Source of the DNA: Mobula hypostoma
Taxonomy: Eukaryota
DNA: 64,000 nt
NCBI RefSeq assembly: GCF_963921235.1
Contig: NC_086108.1
Location: forward strand, 46,626,001-46,690,000
Direction of reading: 5' to 3'
Shown: in pieces, positions 37,547 to 51,200 of the stretch
Numbering within the stretch: position 1 is the stretch's first letter
Layout: each line of letters opens with the position of its first letter
Program-made: the position numbers and the translations under genes
The notes under the pieces: generated by a model
Database searches by the model: none
Seen by the model: only the letters and a program-made list of their open reading frames with translations
Told to the model about the DNA's origin: nothing

Positions 37547-37619
37547 ATAGTACAGGAGCATGAACGTGCTGTGACATTCAGACTGGGACGACTACTGCCA
37601 GGGAGAGCCAAAGGGCCAG
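37547..37619 (+). CDS. nphs2: Podocin exon 3 (73 nt)
   Basis: cag|ATA...CCAG|gtaggt. Translation [25 protein letters not shown]. Not in the supplied ORF track. Confidence 0.96.
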
Positions 37620-38468
37620 GTAGGTGGTCATACTCGAAAATGAGGAGTTAGGATGGTCGCGCATTAATGTCACTCATACTTGCCAATCATATTAAGCATA
37701 TTAGTTTCTAAATAATATGGAAATGAAGATTTTGCCAATATTACCTGTTTTCAAAACTTCAAATATCACTCTGTGCTAAGGCAATAATTCCCAAAGATGC
37801 TTAACAAAAGCAAATATTTAATCATTTCTGCTGAACATCAATTTCTCACACTGTAATTCAATTGAATTGAACTGAACTGGAACTCGTGAAGTGTGTAAAA
37901 CTTAGAATCATTAGGAAGTGGCAATATCATACAGAGCTTTGCAACTTGCTAAGTTTTAGAGTCTGCCAGTATGTTTTTTGCTGGTAACTTGGGCTATAGG
38001 TTACTGAGGGTTTGAATGGGCAGAGAAGATTGCAAGTGATGTTATTTTAAACAAATGCAATTGTAGTATGGATTTGTTTCAAATAATATGACTCCTAGTT
38101 TAGAAATGGTGTAATGGGACAATTCACAATAGATATGACCATCCCTGAATTCGGGGAAGTGAGCATGAAACTTAAAAGAAAACTATAATGTTCTTTTTAA
38201 GTTTATCAATGACTAATATTCCAGGTTAACTTCCTAAATTGTAGGTGCAGTTTCCAGCTGTGACCTTAACAAAAGCATAGACTGAATACTTACTATAGCC
38301 TTGTTACAGATATGTTTTCAGTATGTGTGTTTTTTAAGATACCACCTTATCAGGAAGTGGATCAGTACATTTATTCTAGGATGTTTTGTAATATTCCTCT
38401 GGGTTTGCACAAAGTGCTGATGCACAAAGTGTGGTTAAAGTTTATTATATTCATTGGTTTAATTATAG

Positions 38469-38551
38469 GTCTCTTCTTTCTTGTGCCTTGTCTGGACACT
38501 TATCACAAAGTGGATATGCGTATTAAAACATTGGGGATTCCATTTCATGAA
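38469..38551 (+). CDS. nphs2: Podocin exon 4 (83 nt)
   Basis: tag|GTCTC...GAA|gtaagt. Translation (G)[27 protein letters not shown]. Confidence 0.96.
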
Positions 38552-38914
38552 GTAAGTGTGCCAAAGTCAACAAGTTGTCAAAGATATGATGAATTGTCAA
38601 AAGCCCAAAGGGTGGCATGAAACCAAGCCACTTACTTCTATTGAAATGTTAGCAATATCCGGAACAATGTGTCAGTGCAGCTGGTGAAAGAAGGAACATT
38701 AAATGAAAGGAAATGTGTAAGTTGCTGATTTCCAAAGGCTATTACATTTTCTAAATGTAAAAATTCTTCAAAGGGTCAAAGAGTATAGTAGAGTGGACAT
38801 TTGATCCTTAACCCTGCCAAGCTTGGGAGGAATACCAAAAGAAGAACATACACAATGAATGGTAGGTGGTAGGCGCTGTAGGGAGTACTGAGGAACAGTG
38901 GGACTCCTTTGAAC

Positions 38915-39040
38915 TCTCATGAAGGTCTCAGTCTGAAATATCAACATATTCCACTCCATAGATGCTGCCTGACTTGTTGAGTTCTTCCAGCATTATGTGT
39001 ATGTTTCTCAAGATTTCTAGCATCTGCAGAATCTTTTGTG
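38915..39040 (+). mobile_element. Decayed Penelope terminal-repeat fragment
   Basis: ctcatgaaggtctcagtctgaaatatcaac...atagatgctgcctgac...agcatctgcagaatc, homologous to 14409-14530. Confidence 0.65.
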
Positions 39041-39049
39041 TTAAAGAGA

Positions 39050-40912
39050 TCATAAGACCATAAGATACAGAAGCATAATTAAGCTATTCAGCCCATTGAG
39101 TCTGCTCTGGCCATCTATCATGCTGATTTATTGTCCTGCTCAACCCCGTTCTCCTGCCTTCTCCCCATAACCTTTAAAAACCCTGACTCACCAACAACCT
39201 ATCAACCTCCACTTTAAATATACCCAATGACTTGTCCTCCACAGCTGTCTGTGACAATGACTTCCACAGATTCACCACCTAAGAAATTCCTTCTCATCTC
39301 TGTTCTAAAGGGATGTCCCCCTATTCTGAGGCTGTGCCCTTTGGTCCTAGACTCCCCCACTATAGGAAAGATCCTCACCACATCCACTCTGTCTCAGCCT
39401 TTCAATATTCAATAGGTTTCACTTAGATCCACCTCGCCCCCATTCTTCTAAACTCCAGTGAGTACAGGTCCAGAGCCATGAAACACTCCTCATATGTTAA
39501 CATTTTCATTCCTAGGAACATTCTTATGAACTTCATCTGGACTCTCTCCAATGCCAGCATATTCTTTCTCAGACAAGGAGCTAAAACTGTTCACAATACT
39601 CCAAGTGTGAACTGACCAATGCCTTATACAAGCATTACATCCTTGCTTTTATATTCTAGTCCTCTCAAAATTAATACTAACATTACATTTGCCTTCCTTA
39701 ACACCAACTCAATATGCAAGTTAACTTTTAGAATCCTGCACGAGGACTCCAAGTGCCTTTGTACCTCTGATTTCTGAATTTTCTCCCTGTTTAGAAATTA
39801 GTCTACACCTTCATTCCTTCTACCAAAGTGCATGACCATACACTTCCCTACACTATATTCAATTTGCCACTTATTTGCCCATTCTGCTAAACTGTCTGTC
39901 TTTCTGTACACTTGCTGCTTCCTCAACATCAACTGCCTCTCTATCTATCTTCATATCAGGCTCAAACTTGGCTACAAAGCCATCAATTCCATCATCCAAA
40001 TCATTAACCTATAACATGAAAAGAAGTGGCCCCAACACTGACCCCTGAGGAACACCACTAGTCACCAGCAGCCAACCAGAAAGAACCCTGTTTTTTCCCC
40101 ACTCTTTACCTCCTGCCAGTCAGTCAATCCTCTCCCTATCCATGCTAGTATCTTCCCTATTATACCATGGGATTTTACCTTGTTTAGCAACCTCATGTGT
40201 GGCACCTTGCCAAATGCCTTTTGAAAATCCAAATACACAATATCCACTGAGTCTCTTTTGCCTTTCCTCCTTGTTATTTCCTCAAAGAATTTCAACAGAT
40301 ATGTCAAGCAAGATTTTTCCTTGAGGAAACCATGCTGACTTTGGCTTATTTTAGTATGTGCCTCCAGGAAGCTCAAAACCTCATCCTTAATAGTGGATTC
40401 CAACATCTTGCCAACCACTGAAGTCAGGCTAACTGACCTATAGTTTCCTTGCTTTTGCCTCCCTCCATTCTTAAAGAGTGGAGTGAATTTACAATTTTCC
40501 ATTCCTCTGTAACCGTTCCAGAATCTTGAAAGATCACTATTAATATCTCCACAATCTCTTCAGCTACCTCTTTCAAAACCCTGTGGTATGGTCCATCTGC
40601 TCCAGGTTACCTTCAGGCTTTTTCCTTAGTAATAGCGACTATGTACACTTACTTTGACCCCTAATGAATTTCTGGCACACTGCTAATGTCTTTCACAGCG
40701 AAGAATGATGCAAAATACTTGTTAAGTTAATCCTCTGTTTCTTTGTCCCCCATCACCATCCTTGAGCATCATTTCCCAGTGGCCCAATATCCAGTTTTGC
40801 CTCTCTTTTACTCTTTATTTACCAGAAAAACTTTTGGCATCTTCATTTATATTATTTTATATTAGGTTATCTTCATATTTCATCTTTTCTTTCCTATTGT
40901 TGTTGGTTTTTA
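39050..40912 (-). mobile_element. Decayed CR1, antisense in intron 4
   Basis: Minus ORF 40062-40502 ([26 protein letters not shown]); tail cataagaccataaga. Confidence 0.85.
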
Positions 40913-41547
40913 AATGGTACAACTTTATAAAATATTCATCACCACAGAGGGAGAATACTTCTGGTATCCAAACAATAGAGAAAAAAAACGTGATTTAACT
41001 AGAGAGGTTGCAGAGATGTTACCTGAGCTTGAGTATTTGAGTTTTGAGAAACTGGAGAGGCTGGGGTTGTTTTCTTGGAATGCAGGAGGCTGACTGGGCA
41101 CCAGAATGAGGGATATCAGACTATAAGAGACATGGAGTAGAGAAAAGTAAAATATTCCCTATCACAGAACTAAAACTAGAGGATACAGGGGTGGAGTAAG
41201 GGTTTAGGGGAGATCTGAGGAAGAAGGTACTCACCCAGAGAGTGGCTGGAAACTAGGAGGCACTGCCCAAGTCAGTGGTGCAGACAGCACACTTGAGAAT
41301 TATCAGGATGAGTACTTGAATTTCCAGCACGTAGAAGGCTGTAGACCAAGTGCTCATAGATGAGATAACTTTGATTGGCACCTGAGGATCAACATGAACA
41401 TGATGAGTGTTGTGACTAAATGAGCCCCACAGAGATTGCAGCCATGGGCGTAACAGGCTTTAATTCAGAACAAGTAGACATACAAGAAAGATCGGGTGTG
41501 AGAACCTCTCAGTAGAATCTCTCCAAACTCAAAGTACATCAAGTTTT

Positions 41548-43085
41548 AGACCATAAGACAATAAGGTATAGGAGCAGAATTAGGCCATTCAGCCCATCGA
41601 GTCTGCTCCGCCATTTGATCATGGCTAATTTATTTTTTCCCTCAACTCCATTCTCCTGCCTTCTTCCCGTAATCTTTGACACCTTTGTTAATCAAGAATC
41701 TTTCATTCTCTGCTTTAGATATATGCAATGTCTTGGCTTCCACAGCCATCTATGACAGTGATTTCCACAGATTCACCACCTTCTGGCTAAAGAAATTTTT
41801 CCTCATCTCTGTTCTAAAGAGACATCCCTCTGTTTTGTTCTAGACTCTTCCACTACTGGAATCATCCTCTCCATGTTCATTCTGTCTAGGTCTTTCAAAA
41901 TTTGGTTGGTTTTAAAATAAATCCTTGCCCTCATTCTTCTAAACACCAGTGAGTACAGGCCCAGAGCCATCAAATGTTCCTCATATGTAATGCCTTATAA
42001 GACCATAGCATTACGTCCTTATGTTTATATCCTAGTCTTCTCAAATTAATACTAACTGACATCGCATTTCAAATGTTTCAAAGCACATTTATTATCAAAG
42101 ACAATAAATCTTTTATCAAAGAAATTTGTCTGCTTATAGGCAGCCACAAAGCAAGAAACTCGAATAACCCAATTTTTAAAAAAGACCAAAACCCACTGTG
42201 CAGAGAAAGAGGGAGAAAAACACATTGTGCAAACAATAGAAGCAAGCCAGCAGGATCCCAGACCAGACTGATTTCCGGATCCACTCCCAGAGCAGCTGGA
42301 GTAGGCCCAAACCAAGCCTCGGTCCCATTTCTTCACACCAGCGGGTCAAAAACACACAGCAGCCGGCTCAGTTCACAGCCTCTGCACCACAGAGACAGGA
42401 ATGAAAGGGGGAGTGAGCAGAATCAGCCCGACCCTCGCTTCTGTACCCGACACTTAGACTTCCAGTCTATCGTTGCCAGCGTTTAAATTGTCCAAGCACT
42501 GAGCAGTGCCACACTCTGGGACTGTGATCCCGGTACCCCTATATGCCTGGGCCACCCCACCCAAAGTCATTCTTGATCTCACCAAATCAGGCCGGCACTT
42601 GGAGTGATCCAGCCTCGCACCCGGGTTAGGTGGACGGGTATCAAAACTTCTCCACATCGACTCCTCTCCAAATCACTCACTGCATCTCCAGCAGCGATAA
42701 AATTCCGTCTGCTACCCTGGCTCGAACACATTCCACCTCGCAATGCCCCAGCCTCATGAAAGATGTTATAAGCAATGTTTACAATCGGTTCTCTTGCTTT
42801 ATGATTTACCAGTAAGCGTCGCACACCTTCGGTAGCACCACCTTATACCGGAACATCTGCCCTTCTTACAACTGACTCAGCCTGAAAACTAACCTTTAGG
42901 GAATCATCCACTAGAACTTCCAAGTCCTTTGCACCTCAGGATTTCTGAATTCCTTCCCCGTTTAGAAAATGATCTACAGCTTTATTCCTTTTACCAAAGT
43001 GCATTGCTGTACACCTCACTATGTTGTATTCCATCTGCCACATGCTTGTCCATTCTCTTACTCTGTCCAAGTCCTTTGCAGACTC
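41548..43085 (-). mobile_element. Decayed CR1, interrupted at ~42067-42855
   Basis: Tail agaccataagac. The sequence ctaactgacatcgcattt resumes as tgcccttcttacaactgactc after the insert. Confidence 0.7.
42067..42855 (-). mobile_element. Non-autonomous non-LTR element
   Basis: On minus it begins ttccggtataaggtggtgct and ends tttgataataaatgtgctttgaaacatttgaa, a Rex1-like tail. No recognisable ORF. Confidence 0.55.
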
Positions 43086-44150
43086 CTTTATTACAAATAA
43101 AGATAACAGCAGGTAATTCAATACTATTTCAATAGTTACAACTGCATAAATAACTTCAATATTTTATCTGTGGACAGATGGCTCCATAAAATTATAAATG
43201 GAAGAATAGATACATCTTAGCTGCCAAGACTATCTTAGAATATTTAAATATCTTTGTTGAGACAAGGTAATCCACATGAATGGTCTAAAATTTGTTGGAA
43301 AAAATGAGCTATCCATAAATAATTATCAATTGACAAGTATGACCGTGACAATGTTAAATGACCACGTTAAATAGACAGTCTTTTGTGATCTGAGTCACAA
43401 CCATGTAAAATATCTTGGCTCAAGGCATCTGATGCCTCGTTTGAGACAGTTCAATTAACATGACTCTTTTGTCTGTATGAGAGTGTCTTATAGTTAAGTC
43501 AGTTTTCAAAACATACCCCTGAATCACCTTCACACTGTGAACAATTAGATAATCTACTCTCTTTGCTGTTGTTTTTTGTAGCTGTCTTTATAATCTGAAG
43601 ATTGATCTGAATTTACAGGTTACATTTTGATACATTTTGGTCTTCATTTTTATTAAATGGTTCCTACACAATAATCCTTGAATATACTAGCTGCTTCTTC
43701 CCATAAGTGGACTCTAGGGCCTATTTCGGTGCTGTATAATTTTGAGACTCCATGACACTAGAAATGCTTCTGTTATCAAGTAAATTACATTCGAACAATT
43801 GTCATAAGCTGCAGTGCTATCATTGGAACAGGAGTGCAATTCAACAAATTCTGTCTTATTTGTTTTTATAGGGCATTAGCAGGAGCACAAATGATATTTC
43901 ACTTACATTGAAAGAATAACTACGAATAAAACTGGAATCTCCTGGAATCAAAGTAGGATCAAACTTGCAAGATTCCCAATATTTTATATTGATTATATGA
44001 ATGAATTTCATGATAATTAAGAGCAGTCTCTAAATATAGTACTATTGCACTGATCAAGATTTAACTGGTTCTCATTAGGGTTCAGCTGATGTTCAGTGGA
44101 TTGCCCTGTAAAACACCAATCACAGAAAGATGCTGGCATTTATTTTACAG

Positions 44151-44354
44151 GTGATATCCAAGGACATGGTGGCTGCTGAAGTGAATGCGTTCTGCTATTA
44201 TCGGGTGGAAAATGCCTCCCTCTCGTTAACAAGTGTCGCCAATTCCCCTGACTCATTATCATTGCTAGTTCAGACTTTTATTAAACGAAGCTTAGCACAT
44301 CGGAAATTCAATGAAATTCTTCAGGAAAGAAAGAGCATTGGTGATGAAATCAAG
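44151..44354 (+). CDS. nphs2: Podocin exon 5 (204 nt, phase 0-0), SPFH/PHB domain
   Basis: tttacag|GTG...AAG|gtaaat. Translation VISKDMVAAEVNAFCYYRVENASL...LLVQTFIKRSLAHRKFNEILQERKSIGDEIK. Confidence 0.96.
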
Positions 44355-45679
44355 GTAAATAAAATTGAAAGTGCTGCATGTCCGGTTTGGGAATTAACCC
44401 AATTTTTCTTCTGCTATATTGGAAGACTTCCTTCCTCTGTCTTTTTCAGATATTGCACCATCTTTCTTTTCAAATGTTTTTATCTTTATCCACATCAAAA
44501 TGCAAATTTTTAAAGATTGCTTGAACTGCTTACAGTACTGTTTTAAACTGTTGCATATCCTCCATGTTTTCCTGACAGAAACTCTCTCCTGTGTTTAATA
44601 CAGTCAAACACTTCAACCAAAACCATTGCAATTTTTGTGTTCCACCTTAAGGAAATACTCTTGCTTGCTTCTCATCCTGTCCCATTGTAATCCAAGGAGT
44701 GACCCAAGATCAATGGATCAAGCTTCACATATACATATTCTAACAGCAATATTTCCACTTCTCATCAGTTATGATGTTGCCTTACGATTATCATCAAGTT
44801 ATGAACTGTACTTCAAATTGCATGGTCCAGATTTGGTAGGGTAATTTTGACATTTATCTGCCGTTGTGTCCCCGAACAATTATGAACAACCTCTGGCTAT
44901 CAACACAAATTCCCGAGTCTTGCAGGGGTGATCGGCAGTCAGCATTGGAGTAAAGTGTGAACCGAGTTATGGAACAATTTCTGTGGGCAATCCACATAAT
45001 TCAGCAGCAGCTGAACTTGGCTCAGGGAATGTTTCCCTATTCACTTCAGTGCAAGGAAGGAGCTGTGAATTTTTATATTTGATTTTGTTTTTTAATTGTT
45101 TTGAGTGTCTTTAAGAGATGTGTATGTGCTTTTATTTTTTTTTAACATTCAATAGTTTCAATGCTTTCTTATTATTTATAAATGTGTGAAGCATTTTGAC
45201 GTCATGAGGTGAGTCAGCTTTGGCAGTTACTGTTATGTGAAAGTAGATTTGTTTGGGGTGGGTTTGTCCTGCCCTCCTCTTCCCTCAAGCTCTCACCTTC
45301 ACATGATACCCATACAACAGCAAGTCATATCAATGCCAGGATCTTACTCGTATGAACATCCCGGTGTCCTCCCACACAGGCTTCTGCTGGGCCATTGCAC
45401 AAGGTAGTATGAACATTGTCAGCAGTCAGCAGTGAGCACAGGCAGCTCACCATCACCCATGGACTGTATGACATGTGAATCCTATGTCATATTACACTTA
45501 TTTCCTCCTCATCTCTGCTGAAAATCTCCAAACAAGTTTATTGATGCTCCTCCCCAACCACCAGATTTGGCTTCTGTAAAGATTTTCTCACTAGCTTCTT
45601 AATCTCCCTCGAATGAAGATTGCCCAATTCTGCATTAAGTATCTAACTACATTTATTATAAATGCTAATTAAACGGCCA

Positions 45680-47560
45680 GATGTAGGAGCAGAATTAGGC
45701 ATTTGGCCCATTGAGTATGCTCCGCCATTCAATCATGGCTGAATCCTTTTGTCTCCTCCTCAGCCTCACTCCACATCCTTCTCCCTGTAACTTTGATGCC
45801 GTGTCCAGTCAAGAACCTATCAATCTCTGCCTTATATACACCCAGTGACCTGGTCTCCACAGCTGCCTGTGGTAACAAATTGCACAAATTCACCACCTTC
45901 TGGCTAAAGAAATGTCTCCATATCTGTTTTAAATGGACACCCCTCTATCCATAGGCTATGCCCTCTTGTCCTAGACTCCCCCACTGCAGGAAACATCCTT
46001 TCAACATCTACTCTGTCTAGGTCTTTCAACATTCGAAAGGTTTCAATGAGATTCCCCCTCATCCTTCTAAATTCCAGTGAGCGTAGACCCAGAGCCATCA
46101 AACTTTCCTCATATGATAACCCTTGTATTTCCAGAATCAACTTTGTGAACCTCCTCTGATCCCCCTCCAACGACAGCACATCTTTTCTTAGATGACGAGC
46201 CCAAAACTGTTCACAATACTCAAGGTGAGGCCTCACCAGTTTCTTTGGCAGTGTTCTGCACAGGGACTCCAAAGTCCCTTTGCAGCTTAGATTTTTGGAT
46301 TTTCTCCCTGTTTAGAAAATAATCTGCACATTTACTTCCACTAGCAAAATGCATGACAATGCATTTTCCAGCACTGTATTTTATTTGCCACTTTCTTGCC
46401 CATTCTCCAAATCTATCTAAGTCCTTCTGCCACCTACCTGTTTCCTCAACACTACCTGCCCCTCCACTAATCATCATATGATCTGCAAAACTTGGCAACA
46501 AAGCCATCTATTTCATCATCTAAATCATTGATATACAGCATAAAAAGAAGGGGTCCCAACACTGACCCCTATGGAACACCACAAGTCACTGGCAGCCAAC
46601 CAGAAAAGGATCCTTTCATTCCCATACACTGCCTCTTACCATAGCCAATGCTCTAACCATGCCAGTAACTTGTCTGCAATACCCTGGGCTCTTAACTTGG
46701 TAAGCAGCCTTATGTGTGGCTTCTTGTCAAAGGCCTTCTAGAAGTCCAAATATACAACATCCCTTTATCTATCCTACTTGTAATCACCTCAAAGAATTCG
46801 AACAGGTTCATCAGACAAAATTTTCCCTTAAAGAAACCATGCTGACTTTGTCCTATTTTGTCCTGTGTCACCAAGTACTCCATAACCTCACCCTTAACAA
46901 TTGACTCCAACATCTTTCCAACCACTAAGGTCAGGCTAACTAGTCTATAATTTCCTTTCTGCTGCCTTCCTCCTTTCTTGGAGAGTGAAGTAACAGTTAC
47001 AGTAATGCCAGAGTCCAATGATTATTGAAAGATCATTACTAATGCTGTCACAATCTCTACTACTACCTCTTCAGAGCCCTAGGGTGCAGTTCATCTGGCC
47101 TAGGTCTTTATTTCAGCTTTTTGAGCACCTTGTCCCTTTTAATAGTAACTGCACTCACTTTTCTTCTCTCACACCCTTCAACATCTGCCACACTACCAAT
47201 GTCTTCCACAGTGAAGAATGATGCAAAGTATTCATTTAGTTCATCTGCCATCTCCTTGTCCCCGCTATGATTTCTCCAGCCTCATTTTCTAACAGTCCTA
47301 TACCCACTCTCATCTCTCTTTTATTTTTTACATACTTGAAGAAGCTTTTACTATCTACTTTGATATTATTTGCTAGCTTGCTTTCATATTTCATCTTTTT
47401 CCTCCTAATGATTGTTTTAGTTGCTCTCTAGGTTTTTAAAAGCTTCCAATCCTCTATCTTCCTACTAATTTTTGCTTTGTAGTATTGCCTCTCTTTTCCT
47501 TAACAATAGCTTTGACTTCCCTTGTCAGCCACGATTGTACCATTTTGTCATTTGAGTATT
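45680..47560 (-). mobile_element. Decayed CR1, antisense in intron 5
   Basis: Minus ORFs 45904-46272, 46220-46507 and 46710-47018 carry CR1 RT and C-terminal motifs. Confidence 0.85.
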
Positions 47561-48246
47561 TGAGTATCACCTAATGAATATGCTGTCAGACAAGTCAGGT
47601 GCTTTCCTTTCCTTGACCTTCTGTTTTTGCCACTCTTATGAAAGTATTATGAAAATATTTTATTTAGTTAATTCATGCTGAAGTGATGTCATTAGATCTC
47701 TGAGCAGGCCAACTCCTGTATTAACACACTGTTAAAGGTGTGTCCCTTCCACTTGATGCTCAGTTCAATTCATGTCGGGTTTGTCACTTAACATTCTGTC
47801 CAATATTCTCCACCATCATCATGATAGCAGTGTACATTCCACATTCCACCCCTGGCAAACATCAAGCTGGCACTGCAAGAGCTGAGCACAGTGATCAACA
47901 GCCACAAGACAGCACAACCTGATGGCTTCTTAGTTATTGTTGGGGGCTTCAACCAAATTAGCTTGAACAAGTTTCGGATCATCTATCACCGACATGTCAC
48001 CTTTGGAACCAGAGGAGCCAACACACTTGACCACTGCTACACCACTATCAAGAATGCTTACCATGCCATCCCATACCTGCACTTTGGCAAGTCTGATCAG
48101 CTCTCTGTACTTCTGCTCCTAGCATATTGGCAGAGACTGAGGACCACTGCCCCCCTAGTGTGAATCGCGAAGGTATGGTCAAGGGAGGCAGAAGATCACT
48201 TACAGAAATGCTTTGAATCTGTGCACTGGACTATGTTTAGGGATTC

Positions 48247-51200
48247 TGTTATGTTTTGTAACTCTGAGAAATAGATGGGAGTCCAAGAGATGTGTGACTT
48301 AGCTTGTTCTTTTACTTTAAATTATTTTACTACACATGGTAGCATTATGACATATGTAATTCATTTAATTTTACATATCACCTGTAACAAGTTGCTTAAA
48401 CGAAGAAGAATGCTTTCTGCAAGAATGCAGGTGCAGATGCTACTCCAAAAATATACCTATTATAGTGATAAAGCCCTTTGTGAGAACCACTTTGGAGTCT
48501 TCTTCCATCTCCATCTGGAAGTAGGCCTCAGTTAAGTCCACTTTGCTAAAGTGTTTTCCTTCAGAAAGGTTTGTAAAGATATCATCTGTTCTGAACAGAG
48601 GGTATTGATTTACTTTCAGTACTGGGCTGATAGTGACTTTAAAATCACCACACATCCTGACTGACCCACTCTTCTTAGCTAGTGGGACTAGTGGCCTTGC
48701 CCATGGGATCCATTCAACCTTGGAAAGAATTCCCTCAGCCTCAGGGCGATCTAGTTCACTAGTTACTTTATCATGGATGGTATAAGGATCTGGACAGGCT
48801 TTGTAAAACTTGGGTGTGGCATTTTCATTTAACACAATTTTACCCTTGATGTGTTTCAGTTTTCCCAATGCCATCCTTTTATACTGCTGTGGCATCATCC
48901 AGTACCTTTTTTAATTCACTCTCAGTTGGCTTTATTGTAGGGGATGTGGCAAGCAAGTGGTGACTAGATTTACAAACCAGTAGTAGTTGTCTCAGCCAAT
49001 CAGATCTCCACAATGCTGGTTCTCCTGTTTGTACCACATACAAGCCCAAAGTGGCTTCTTGCTTGTTGTATTCCACAGTTACAAATGTCATTTCCACAGG
49101 AGTTATCTTTCCTTCAGTATAAGTTCTTAGCTGGATATCTGCAGACTTCAGTTCAGTATCTTTAAAATGTTGTTCAACCTCATTTTGTGGAATGACTGAA
49201 ACAGCCAAGCCAGCATCCAAGTCCATTTAAATTAATTTGCCGTTCATTTCTGGCATAGGCCATATTGCTTGTCTATTGTTAGTTTTCTTATTGTAAATCT
49301 TAAAGCAAATGTGTCCTGTACACTGTTACCATCAGATAGAATTTTCATCAACAGCATGCAGATTAGTGCTCTTTTTGAAACTGAAACTTGACTTTTTAGC
49401 TTTTTCTCTCCCTGTGCAGTCCATTTATTTTTGTCTGCCCAACATGCTCTTTGTTTGTGTCCTACTTTGTTGCATTTTCTGCTTTAAATCTGCATTGGTC
49501 TGGTGTGTGTGCGGCCCTGCCACAATAGTCACAATGTATTCAGCCACGCCAGTTTCTGTTTAGATGTTACAATTTTATTCTTGCTCACGTTCGTTTCCTG
49601 ACTACAACACAATTGTGTCTCTGCCTGCGGTTTCCATTGACACATCGGTTTCAACTTCTCTTTTAAATGTAAGTTGCACTTCAGTTAGGAGCTATTGAGT
49701 GTGTTCTTGTAAAATTCCACAAACTAAACAATCTCTCAGTGCATCATTAAGCCCACTACCGAATTGACAATGCTCAGATAACATCTTTATTTCAGCCACA
49801 TATGCTGAAATGAATTCTCAGTCCTTTAGATTCCACATGTGAAACCTAAAGCATTTCAGTTGTAAGTGTTCCTGCATTACGTTCACAATATCAGCAAAAC
49901 TCATTTCAGCTAGTTTGGTTAGAGTAGTCAAACTGCTAAACAAACTGTATACCTTTAAATCCAATGCACTCAGCAAAACTGGCATCTGCAGATTTCCTCG
50001 TGTTTGCATTTTTAAAACTGGTACAGGTGTCCCCCACTTTTCGAACGTTTGCTTTTACGAAACCTCACTGTTACGAAAGACCTACATTAGTACCCTGTTT
50101 TCACTAACAGAAGGTGTTTTCACTGTTACGAAAAAAATTAGCAGGCGATAAAAAATCAGCGCGCGAAAAAATCAGTGCGCAATAAAAGGCAGCGCGTGCC
50201 CGGAGCAGCCGCTCTCCCCCGGATTTGGAACGGCATTGCTTTAACACGTGCCTATGAGCAGCCGTTTGCAAGATAAGTTCTGAGGTATTGGAAAAGCCTA
50301 AAAGAGCTCATAAGGGTGTTACACTTAGCGTAAAACTAGACATAATTAAGCATTTTGATTGTGGTGAACAAAGGACAATGTGAGTTTGGCTTGTGGAAGC
50401 TGACGAAGATGATGTTGAAGAGGTTTTGGCATCCCATGACCAAGAACTGATAGATGAAGAGCTGATGCAATTGGAAGAGGAAAGGATAACAATCAAAACC
50501 AAATGCAGTAGCGAAATGAATGTGAAGCAACTGCGTGCGATTTCCACTGCAATGATAAAGTACGACTTTAATTTTGAAAGGGTACTTAGGTTTAGGGATA
50601 TTTGCAGGATGGTTTGAGTGCTTACAAAGAACTGTATGATAGAAAAATGCGCGAGGCTCAGCAGTCAAGCAAGCCTTCCACATCAGCCACAGCAGACAAT
50701 GAAACTCAACCTTCGACATCGAGGCAGGCAGTCATAGGAGAAGATGAATGCCTGCTGTAATGGAAACAGAGGACAACGAGATGACACCCCAGTGTCCCAC
50801 CACCTCAACACCCAGGCCACGGACAGATACTGATTCGCAGAGAATGCAGCGGTAGCTGGGAGGCACACAGCACATCTTTAGGAAAAAAGCCGAAATAAAC
50901 ATGCTAATTAATTAGGTGCCGCCCGACACGTAAATGTCGGCCCAGATCAGAGGCGATGCAATCGGCAATTGGCACTGATCTGGGCCGACAATTACGTGTC
51001 GGGTGGCTCGTAAGTAATTAGCATGTTTATTTCGGCTTTTTTCTTAAACATGTGCAGTGTGCCTTCCGGCTACCGCTAGACTCCTGCACTCTTCGCGGCA
51101 ATGTATCGGTCGGCGGCCTGAAGGGTGGGGGCCACTGCACCACCCCAGCCTGCGATGACTCAGTCTAACACACCATCATCAGTGTGCTCTGCGCTGTCGT

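Noticed and set aside
44860..45560. Possible extra exon or ncRNA in intron 5
   Set aside because: No frame, fold or family could be supported; it may be an ancient repeat.
50293..50700. Domesticated TIGD/CENP-B-like gene
   Set aside because: The DDE domain is deleted, the frames are broken, and TIRs and TA TSDs are still present.
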